Below are positions 37,901 to 49,900 of a stretch of DNA of 64,000 nt, piece after piece. Both the position numbers and the translations under genes were made by a program. Below the pieces are notes generated by a model. That model did not search any database, was not told the DNA's origin, and was given only the letters and a program-made list of their open reading frames with translations. How positions within the stretch are numbered: the stretch's first letter is position 1; every line of letters begins with the position of its first letter. Source of the stretch: Podarcis gaigeae. Lineage: Eukaryota. Location: NCBI GenBank assembly GCA_964106915.2, contig OZ066916.1. One strand, 5' to 3'.

Positions 37901-40900
37901 TAATCAGAATAAATCTTATCACTTAACCATTTCAAATAGATGTGAGTTTTAAAAACAGCAAAGCAAGACTGAAAGCGATTAGTGGCCTTAAACCAAAATC
38001 TAGACAGGACAATATATAATAATTTATTATTTATACCCCGCCCATCTGGCTGGGCCTCCCCAGCCACTCTGGGCGGCTTCCATATAGAAGTGATAGATTA
38101 ACCATAAGCTATGCATTACTTTATTCACTGATGTATCAAATAAACCAAGAGACTCGAAAAATGCCAGCACTCAATACTAATAAATAAAGAACTCTGCAAC
38201 ATTAAATGGGGAAATTCTGTGTTTACAATCTAGTCTTATTCATAAATTCTTTTTCAGAATCCATCAAGTTAGCCTCCAGGAAGTCAGGAAAATTTAGTAC
38301 AATGATCTATTGCTTTAGAAAGTAAAAAATTGAAGAAAGTAAGATAAGAACAGGAAATTAATATTCTTAACATCTAGAAATAAAAGTGGATGAAAGATAG
38401 AAGTTTTGTCATAATGCTAATTTCTTATTTTTCTCAGAACCTTAAAGCTAGGCAGCATGAAGTTGTTTAATGATAAATCATCTCACAGAGTTTAACATTT
38501 TACTCTCAATATCAAATCTATTTTTGTTTACTAGCCTAAACCAGTGGTACTCAACCTTTAACAGCTGGAGAGCCACTTCACCATTAACTGTTGTTGCAGA
38601 GCATAACATCAAGTACCAACATTGCAACCTTGCATCATGATGTTACATTAATTTGTGATGATGCCGTGCCACCACAAATACCATATGTTACAAGACATTT
38701 TGTAATCTTCAGTTTCTATTAGCTGCTGGGAAAAAGAGGGAGGTTTCCCCATTCTCCCCCCATGGCTGCTGGGTTGGAGGCAATTTCTATTCTTACCTGT
38801 GGGGAGATCCCAGCAGCTCCTTCGCTTTCCTCCTATGGGAGGAGGTACTTCAGTGACTCCCACACTGCCGGTCCTTTGGTCAGTGCTCCCCGCGCTGCCT
38901 GATAGAATGGAGCGCCGATCAGATGCCTACACTGCGAGAGCCGCCTGTAGGGCCTCAAGAGCATCCGGCTCTAGAGCCACAGGTTGAGTATCACTGGTCT
39001 AAACAAAGCCAAAAAGGTACAATACAATAAGGGCCCTGTTTAGACCCTACAAAGATCAGAGAAAACCACACAACAACCCTTATGCAATATTTAACAAAAT
39101 CAACTTGCTATTTCTACTAAAATCAATTTTGACAGATTACCAAAGTTGCTGTTCTCGAACAGTCCCAATGCAAACTAAAAGGAACTGGTCCAGCACAAGG
39201 GTTTTGAGTACTTCCTTCTAAGACATGTTTTCCTGTTTATATCTTCTGGACTTCTGCAGGAGCATGCAGTGAAATATTAAACTTTGGTTTAATATATTAT
39301 TAATTGGTATTTAAAAGCATTATAGCCCTTGCAAATGTGCGCAGGAAGATATAAGGCAGAAACCATTACTATGCTTCTCATGATTGGACAGTGAGATGAC
39401 ATAAATTTAAACAACACTAGCAAAGAGCCTTCAAAGCCACATTTTCTCATATTGTTCATTAATACCCAAATATGACAACATTCAAACACTGAAGTAAATT
39501 CCTAAAATAAAATTGAAATAAGAACCTTGGCTTGAGATTGTTCTTGTTCTGTCTTTATCAATCACTATAGCACCAGTGATTTCCATTTTATCAGTATTTG
39601 GCAACGATGTGTCAGATGATATGCAGTAGAATAGAGCACAGATAGGATCAAATTCAGGATCTGCCTCCAAGTCTCTTCTTGTTCGAGCATGCAACTCTAC
39701 ACTGAGAAGTGTAAGATGTTGAACCTACAGCAAAAAGTATACATTGTTATCTTCTTTTACGATACCTTTGAATCAAATCAAATACGAAACTATCAATTTA
39801 TTTTACATGCTGGTCAATAAAAATAACCTCACGTTTGCTTGTGGAAATTGAGAAAAATATAGAGTATGTTTTGTGATAATTATAATAACTGGGATTAAAT
39901 GAAAGAAGTATAGGAAATCTAGACTGTTGCTCGCTACTATTGAAGATTTATGGATTTTTTTTAAAAGTACCAATCTGCAGCAGGAATCTGATACTTAAAA
40001 GCCATGTATTTTATACACTGCATTAAATTTTGATATTACTGTATTTCAAACAGCTTGTGTCATTCCCTATCTTAACACTTTCTGAGGATTTTTTTTAGCA
40101 GGATGCCAAAACCAAATATTAATATTCAAATGCAATCACTACCAAACAAGCACCCATATAAGAAATTACAGTCAAGATACCCAGAAACTCCCACATCAGC
40201 TAATTTTTAATCACTATGTAAACAGAGTAAGAATTGCCCAATTATACATGTTCCATAATAATACATATTTTTAGCTAATTCAGGATATGACCAGTGTGCA
40301 AGAGGAAAACTGACACATAGCATCCACCCTGCTTGAATGGCTCTGAAATTTAGACTTCACATTAAATTTATTTTAAAGGCAGGTGGTTACATCCACAATA
40401 CACAAAGCATACCAAAATATAACTCAACAGAAAAAAATTATACATGGATTATTTGAATGTGAAATCCAAAGAAAATACATACTAAATGAGTTATACCTAA
40501 TTAGTTTTGACACAAAGTAAGGGGAATTTAAAAGAGAAGACTGCAGATAATCAGGAGGGTGACTTCTGTGAGTTGGCATGTTTTCCATTAATCTGCCCAT
40601 CATTCCATCTGCAAGTCCTTTCCCTCTCTTCCTCTAGACTTGAGGATAAGCTTGGAGAATACCATGACATCAACTGCCAGATACCTCCATGTATCTCTAT
40701 CCCATTGTATGCTTTATGGATTTTAAATGCAAACTGCTTGGGGAGCCAACTGCGGCTGAAAAGCAGGGCAGTAAATTATTTTATCAGAACGAGTTGTTAA
40801 CTTTCCACAAGCTGACAAATTTTAATGCTAATCAAGCACAGGTCATCAGTACAAGAGATAATGTAACATAGCCTTTGCCAATCTGGTGCTTTCCATATAT

Positions 40901-43900
40901 TTTGGACTACCACCAACCACGGTCAGCACAGGCTGGGACCAGACTGGCAAAAGCTGATGTAATGTAATAAACAAAAGCATAGGGCAAACAAAGTTACAAG
41001 CAAATATCTGTCATTCCAGATTGTATTTAGATTAGAAACCAAGAACCTCAAAGTCTCGTTACCATCAAAGAGGATCTTGTGTTCTATATCCAGGCTGCCT
41101 ACACCTGCTAGATCTGCTACTCTTAGAACAATTTTCAGGGCTATGTTAAATGCTTCACTTTTTAAATGCCTGCAATATTTTTAGATAGCTGAAAAAGAAA
41201 CAGCTGCAGGAAGGTTGCTTTCCTCCTTCCCGTCAGAAAGAACTCTGCTGTAATTGCCAGTTGTCCCATGACTTTAGAAGTGATGAGAATGCTTCTGCCA
41301 CCAGCCAGAGGCCTAGGGGATCTGTGACGATAACAAGGCTTGTTGAGGCTATGAGTTTGCAGGTAGGAAGATTACTCAGTGTCTATCCAGCACACCTACC
41401 CTGGCTGTTGCGATGCCAGGGAAGGAAAGTGTGAGACCTGGGATTTCCAAATATCATGGGACCTATGAGACAAAGCCTCACAGAAGCTAGGTTTCCTGGG
41501 TCTTATGGGTCTTCCTGAGTGAGATATGCAGGCCTACATAAGGCTCTGCATATATCTACCTCAGTCAGGGCCAGACAGACAGTACAACTCATCCACTCTG
41601 GGCTTGGCACAAGTTTACCCCAGGTCACAACTGGTTACTCATTTGAGGGTTCAAGAAGCATGTTTTCAATGGCTCCAGATAAGCTATGAAAAAGCACATT
41701 TTTTGCCTTCCTTGGGTATTCCATTTTGTGTTACACATAAGCTACATGCATTACTTTGACACAACTTTACTTCTGTTACATTTGATATATATTGACCATT
41801 TTACTCCAAGATTTGCCTATCTCCTTATTGCCATCTACAAAGAGCCACTGGGTAGTTGCACCACTTCTATACAAGCAAGAAAAACAGCAAAGAAAGATCA
41901 GCTGGGTCCAGTTCACAACTTCATCCTGGCATTACCAAACCTCCTCCTCCTCTCTCTTTTCCTTTCCTTTCCCTTCCCTTCCCTTCCATTATGTATCTTG
42001 CCTTTTTAGTTTGCTAGTCTGATGACAAGACATGCCACTGTTTTATTGATGTGAGCAGTTTTGGGAGACAGTATTTGTTCGAAGAGCTGGATAAAAATAT
42101 AATACAGGCAACCCCCCATTTACATGTGGGTTATGTTCCGAGGCACCACAGGTGTCAGTGAAATCACATAAAATTGAAACTCATTGAAAAAGCCTGCAAA
42201 CACCCCATTCCAATCCCCTTGGTGATGGTTCAGTGACATCTTTATGCTGTTTCTGGGTCAATTCCAAGTTTGGCACAATGCACATATACACAATCATGGA
42301 CATATTGAACGTGAGTAAATGGAAGGCTGCCTGTGCGATATAATAAATAAATCCAGTGGATAAGCAGTCATATACTAAAATTCTTAAATCCTGGATGTAT
42401 TTAAATCAGAAATCAAGAATCTCACATTTTGGGTACTGCCACAGCAGCAACCACACAATTTTGGTTACTGCCACAGCAGTTTGAGTAAAACACAAACCCT
42501 CTTAAATGCTAAATCTGACTGAAGAATGCAAGAAATATCCCACCTTTCCCCCTGACAGGACTCAAGGCAGCTTACAGATAAAACCAGGAATTGCTAAAGA
42601 CATAGAAAAAACAAATGCAACCATAGGTAAAGCATCTTTAATAATACTGTAAATTACCTCATGTAAAGCCTTTGCTTCCTGAAGATTTTGTACACTTATT
42701 TTAAAACCATATGAGTTGTTTAATGATGGTCCTTCAATCTGAGAAGTCTCTTTCTTTGGGGCATTAAAAGGAGTGAATCGGTTCTGTAAAAATAAAACAT
42801 TAACAACAATAAACTTTTCACTGATTAAGGCCTTAACTCTACCAAGTCTAATTATTGAACAAATTCAATTATTGGGATTACTCATTATTTAGATTACTAA
42901 TTTTCTTCAGTTGCTAACAGTAATAAAATATATTAACTTATACTCAGTTCCAGGAACAGAAGCCCTGCCATATCAAACTTCTATTCTATTTACATGCACA
43001 TGTGTGAGAACCATTTCACTGTAGCGTTAGACACACCACTAAGAGTGTGTCTAAATGGAGCAACCATATGGGTATGGCAAATCTTGTAAGGTTGCGCACC
43101 AACTGTTTCCTAACTTTTGGCTAAGCAATAAAAGGCTGGAGGAGGGAAGCAACTAACTCTATTAACATGATTCCAGTATTCACACATGCATATCAGTCAC
43201 ATGGAATTGCACCACAGGACAAAGGGGTCCTTTGCTGCTGCAGGTGTATAGGAATGGGTTCCCTAGTCTGACTAGATCAGGTTCTAGGTGCCTGGCATGC
43301 ATTCTAAATGTATTTAGCACTAAGGAAAGTCAAGCTGAATTTGACTGGGGGGGCAATCAACATTATTCACAATCAGAATCACAGATAAGTACCAAAGAGT
43401 TAAAGGTACTTTTCTGGCACAGAATGCACTTTCTGCTCACAGAAGGACTGTTTTACAAAACATGCTAGAGCCCTGCAGTATTCAAATACATCCACACCAG
43501 TATTATTAATTGAGTCCAGAAATAAAGTGGGAGTTACTGATTTTCTTTTAACGGCAGACTGATGTGTTCACAATGGTCAGATGCAGTTAATCGCTTGCTG
43601 TGTTCTGCATCAGTTGATGTCAAGACACTTTTCAGTGCAAATATTATGATGCAATTTCAATTAAGAAAAATTATAAGTACCGTATAATTATTGTACAGAA
43701 GTATCCTTACGGTAATGTAAAAAGGTAAAATGTTTTACTTCAGAACTCAGAAAATAACTAAAATTGAGCCTAATAAAAATGCATCCAATTCCATTTTTAC
43801 CTTGACTTGAGTTCTTAAAAGTACTTTTCGAAAAGCATCAATATTCCTTCCCCTTCTAGGATTCAATTTCTGAATGTTTGGACCTGGGATGAAGGAAAGA

Positions 43901-46900
43901 GGAGAAAGTAATGAGTGACTACCACAACAAAAATATACTAAAGCATCCTTTAGGTAAAGGGTAAAGGGACCTCTGACCATTAGGTCCAGTCATGACCGAC
44001 TCTGGGGTTGCAGCACTCATCTCGCTTTATTGGCCCGAGGGAGCCGGTGTACAGCTTCTGGGTCACGTGGCCAGCAGTGCACAGAAACGCCATTTACCTT
44101 CCCGCCGGAGCGGTACCTATTTATCTACTTGCACTCTGACGTGCTTTCAAACTGCTAGGTTGGCATTGGCAGGGACCGAGCAATGGGAGCTCACCCCGTC
44201 GTGGGGATTCGAACCGCCGACCTTCTGATCGGCAAGTCCTAGGCTCTGTGGTTTAACCCACAGTGCCACCCGCGTCCCCTCAAAGCATCCTTTAGTATTA
44301 CTGAATTAATTTTTCAAAAGCTACAAAATGTTAAGTACAATATCAAGGCATAGAATGGTCTGACACTGCAGCATCTTATACTGCTGGTCCTAAAAGTTAT
44401 CCCAAGTATAAAAACTAATCTTCATTTCCTTGGTCATGCTAATTACATATTATGGAAAAAATCAAGTTATTCTGGTTAAGGCTATTTTCTATTAGTAAAC
44501 CTTAAACTACTTGTCTAATAATACTTCTATAAGTGGTTTCAAGCTTTTATTGCCTATCTTCTATTGCATAAGTACATATATGTTTGCATAATTTCACTTT
44601 CAATTTCTGTAAACCACTCCTTTCATAATCTTACCTGGTAATAATGGAGTGAATCCAGGTGTTTCAGTTATTCCTCCTTTACACATTTCCTCTCTAAGGG
44701 GTGTACTATGCAGGCAAGCAGTTTCAGAATTACTATTGCATCCTTTGTTCACAAATGGGGAGACAGTGAAGGGTATCTTGCTTTCCTCTTTGACAAGCTT
44801 CTGTTCTCCATCTGTTAATGTTTCATTTTCTTCCATAGAGGATAAAATATCCTCTGAATCTTCTGAGGAAGATTGTTTGGAATCTGGGGATGTTACTTGT
44901 TGCCAAGGCGGAAGCACTGATGAATCAGGGGAGCTATAATCAACATAATTCTCCTCATCCCTGTCTGTTTCTATTGCTGCAGTGTCAAGCAGCACAGTCT
45001 TACTTATTTCAGGGATATCTGTATCATGCTTATCCATGGTTTGTGTTGGCATTGGATTTGAGGATGAAAAACAAGTACCTTCTGATGCTACAACACTTTT
45101 GCTTGGCAAGATAGAATTCTCAACTGCCTTGGCCATTTGAGAACACATGTTTTTTGGCAAAGACATGCAGTTCAAACTCTCATCAACCTTTTCCACCTCA
45201 ATCGATTTGGTAATCATTCTTTTCCTAAAGTGTTCATAATCTTCTTTTGCCTGCAGCCATGACTGAACTTGCTGGCAACTTGGTGCACATTTGCAAGGCA
45301 TGATCACTATCTTTTTGTCTTCACTAGTTTTACGGTTATTTCTTTGCTTTTTGTCAGTAGTGGATTGGCTACTGCGAAGCGGAGAACCTGGTCTAGGGCT
45401 TTGTGCCATTGCCAAAAATGCAGTCTTCCATAGTCGCAGCCCTTCCAATGAGAAGTCTCCCTCAAACTCAAGTAGGTCATTTGGAAGTCTGGTTTCTACT
45501 GTAAGCAGTCGTCCTCCAATTTCTCTGTGAAGATATTATTTTCAGTTAGCAATAAATTTATCTTACTAGAAGAAAAGAACTGTCAGGAAAAAAGATTCTT
45601 GTATTTGTCAATATCCAAATTAGGTCATCCACATTTCAAAGACAGACAAGTTTTGATTCACATTTCAATACTCCCCATAGCAACTCCCCATAGCAATAGC
45701 TAATGACTATGAATTGTATTCAGTATTGCATGAGCAATAGATCTTTTCCTTTGCCCTTATAAGTCCTTCTGCTCAATTTTGGGTGATACCTCCTGCCAAC
45801 TTCAACCTTGTGTAATACAGTATGTCATGCCCCCACCCTCAGGAGAGGTTTTACAAGATAGATAATGGAAGCAGGAAGGGAAAGGTAAGACTGACTGTTA
45901 AAGTTTGTTTTCTACACCTGCAACATTGAATACAACCCTATGTTAAATTCTTCAAGGTGCCCAGAATTTATGAATCTGCAAAGATAAAGCAGAATATTTT
46001 CTTTTTATAGAATTTTAGGATTTCCCAAACCTGGGTTTTCAGCTCTTTTTGGACTACAATTCCAACCATGGCTTACCACTAATCTTGCTAGCTAGAGATG
46101 ATGGGAACTGTAGTCCAAAAACAGTTGGAGATCCAAGTTTTGGAAACCCTGTTGTAGATTAATGAGCTACTTTAACCCCATGGAATTCTGGCTCTTGCTT
46201 AAGGGAACAGGAAAGAATGCTACATTAAAGCTACACCTAATTTTTCCATGACTATATAAATTATGTAAAAGCCAACTAAAAATACATAGGTATAAAATAG
46301 AAAAATGTGACTAGTCCACTGGTATTACCACATTACCTTGGCTTTTCTGGTGCATCAGAAGGGTTGCTGCAAAATGGTTCCTGATAAATTGCTTCTGCAA
46401 GATCGTGATCCAGTAAAGTTGACATAATTTCTTCACGACTTGGAGGTGACATGAGAGGCTTAAGGATGTGAGCAGCACGAGGTGTAGAACTTCCATTTTT
46501 TGACTGTGAGGGGGAATTTGTAGATCTAGGTGAACTATCTGGGGTTGGTGTTAATGCCTCATTGTTTCTTGAAATATACAGCTCTAAATCTTCAGAAGCT
46601 GCATCCATAAGTTCACCATCCGGTGATGATAAAATGGAAGAAAAAGATATACTAATTGAATCAAGTGACTGAACAGGTTCAAAAGTGGCTTCCTTTCTAA
46701 AGTGGTTTTGACTCCAATCACTATTTGGCGATGAAAGGTTAAGAAAAATTCCTTTCTTCACTGCATTTCTCTCCAATTGAAATTGTTCCTTTTGGCACAT
46801 CTCTGCCTGTTGCACATCTAGTGGTAAGCTAGGTTCAGATGTTGATGTAATAATGTTATTTTTCCACTGGCTGTGGAGATGGTTTTCATTCGTATCTGGG

Positions 46901-49900
46901 CACCTTTTATCAAAAAGCTGAGGACTTAGTGGACCAGATCTTAACCAAGCTGTGGGGTCTGAAGAATAATGGTTTTCTTCCTTAGAAATTTTGCTATTGT
47001 GACTTAAAAGATCCATTTCTGCTGCTTGACCTGGAAAAAGGTCCTGAGTTACATCGCTCAGAAACTTCTGTGGTAGATTTTGATCTGCTGGGACGAACTG
47101 ACTTGCAGAATAAAAGCTGCAAAATCCAGTCTGCCCTATAGTATTAATATCAAAATTGTAATTATGATCAGGTGACAGGCTGTCTTCAAGTGAGTAGCAA
47201 CTTTCAAAACCTGGATCTGAACCAAAAACCGGGCTATCAACAGATAACACATGGCCAGTCTTACTGTTTTGCTGCTTTGCAGAATCTTTTAAAAGCTTGA
47301 GATTTTTTTCTTTAGATTTTTTCTCCCTAGATGTACGAGGATTTCTTGGGGATGCAACTGAACGTGATTTTTTAACTGATTTGTTTTGATCAAGAGGGTA
47401 GGAAGCACTTCTGTTCAACTGAGTTTTAAATGATAACTGCTCATGCATGTTGTTTAGATGTGCTTTTTGTTGCCTTTTTTGAAGTAATTCCTTAAGAACA
47501 GCTAAGCCAGAATGTCCTTCACTGAATGCTGAAGGTGTTACCAGTGTCTTGCCTTTACACTGGGAATCAGCTTTGGTTTGAGAGGTTGTTTCTGACAGAC
47601 CCTTTTGTTTTATATTTTTTTCAGGGTTAAAATGTGACATATCCAAAATAAATCCTCTTTGTTTCTGTTCCCATCCCAGCTTTTTAACCGGACTTCTCAA
47701 AGAAGCTACAAAGCATTTTTTTGGCAACTGAAAAGATCCATGGCTTTCCTCAGAAGTTTTAAAAAAAGAAGAAATATGCTCAGCATTTTTTGTTGATTCT
47801 GGAAGATAAACAATCTGCTGCTGATTATCTTTACAATGCAAAAGTTTACTAGGATGAATCTGATCGATCTTCATTGCATCTGAAGAAATATAATTTTCAT
47901 TTACATTTCCAACAGGGGATAAAAGTCTGCACTGCGAATTTGTAACCTCTTCAGCCTTTTTATGCATTATATCTTTAGAACTGTATGCATTCAGTGCTAC
48001 CTGAGATATATGGTGAGACTGGTCAAATAAATTATTTTGAATTGGTTCTTTTGTCCTAAATATACCACTTTGACTAGTAGCTCTTTGGAAATTCATTTTG
48101 GCTTTTTCCTTTCCAGACACCACAGAAGTTATGGCTGGATGATGGTCCTCCTGTGTCAGGAGGGAACCTTGATATCCTACAGGCTTTTCATTTTCCAAGA
48201 GTGAATGGAAATATATCAATGGATTTACTTGTGCATGAGCTGTCAATGGCATTTGTGCTGATGGTAGATGCCCTGTTGAACAGCCAGTTGCTTGGATATC
48301 TTTTTGGGTACAAAGTGGCTGCGAGTTTCCCAAGCTGTGAGCATTCTCAGGTAAATCATGGTGGTTCAGCACATGTTTAACCTCAGTTGAAGGAGGAATA
48401 CTACTTTTTTCATCTGTTACTGTCATCAACTTTGACACTTTTTCTATTTTTTGTTTTTGTTTTGCTCTAGGCTTTCTCTTCACCTCATTTCCGGTTTTGT
48501 TAGTCAGATTATTCCTAATCTTTTTATTAACTCTAACAGTAGCATTAACAAATTGCTTTTTACATTTTTTAGTCTGAGCTTTTGCTTGACTATGTTTTCC
48601 TGTATGGGAATTAACAGTCTTAGTGCTATAGGTGGTAGCATTTTTAAACACTAATGTTTCTTTTTCTAGATTATTAATAATTTCTTCTGCATTTGGGTCA
48701 GTGGGAGACCAACAGCGAGGTGGGGATACATTAACTGGACTTGCACTTCTTTCTGACAGAAAGCCTAATTTAGACATAACATCGCTATAGTTCAAGTCAC
48801 AGTCTTCAGCTTCAGTGCTATATGATGGTAGAGGGGGAGACAGAAAGGCAGAGGTTCTTCTTCTGAAATATAGGGTTCTTTTAATATTTTTACTGTTCAT
48901 GTTTTGCAGTTTTCCAACCTTTTTCTTGGTTGACTTGCATTTTGCTTTTCTTTTGTGACCTTTCTTTGGCATTAATGGATAAATAGGATATTTGGTTGCA
49001 GGCGAATCAGGAACTTTTGGCCAAAAGTCCTTTAAAGGTGCAAGTTTTTTATATAGATTCATTTTTTCCTCTGTAAGTGTAACTTGCTCCTCACTAGAAT
49101 CTATTTTTCCTAGTTTAACAAGCATATTTTTCCTCCCTCTGAACCTATTTATAATAATATATTTTATAATAACAGGTGGTAATTTTTTAGAAAGTTTTCT
49201 TCGTTTTCGACATTTTTTTGATCCATCAATATTTTCATCATTTTCCAAAGAATGAGGTAGGCTAATTTTTGAATTATGCACACCAAAGCTAGATTCGCTG
49301 TCTTCGGTTTCATAATTTATCTTGCGTTTAGCTCTGAGTGTGTATTTATTTCCACATAGCCCAAACGCCTGCTCAGATTCTCGAGCACCATCAGCTCCAT
49401 CTTCAAAATGGCAGTCAATACAATTACTTGTATCCATAGACAATTTATTTTCTGAAGCACCAGGAGAAACTTGAATGATATCATTTGGTAACAAACTGTC
49501 TTTATCAGGAATGTTATTACTAGCATTACCTTGTACATAGCAGCTCTCTTTTGTGGAAGCAATATCGCTGATAGTTGTAGACGGCTGATTGCTAAGAATT
49601 ACTTTCTTTTTATTTAGTTTTAACCTAGATTGTTTCTTGCCTTTTTTCAATTTATATGTAACAGGACTTAATTTTTGTGGCTGACTGAGACAATTAGAAA
49701 GAACAACACTAGGAAAGAACATGTAATGCGCTGCTTGTTGATTAACATTTGTTTTTTCAGCTTTGTGCTCCTGAAATTCTTCATATCTAATTTTAAGGTT
49801 ATTAAGGCCATCTCCATCAGTGCTACCTTCAGCAGAATAAATACTAGTTCGATTACCCTCTGAGCAAGACACCATTTCACAGTTTTCTGGTGCTGGGAAG

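Noticed and set aside
43027-43054. 10-bp perfect hairpin TTAGACACAC/GTGTGTCTAA
   Set aside because: Too short for a pre-miRNA; likely the centre of a decayed palindromic repeat.
44649-49863. + strand ORFs opposite the large REV3L exons
   Set aside because: Antisense shadows of coding sequence.
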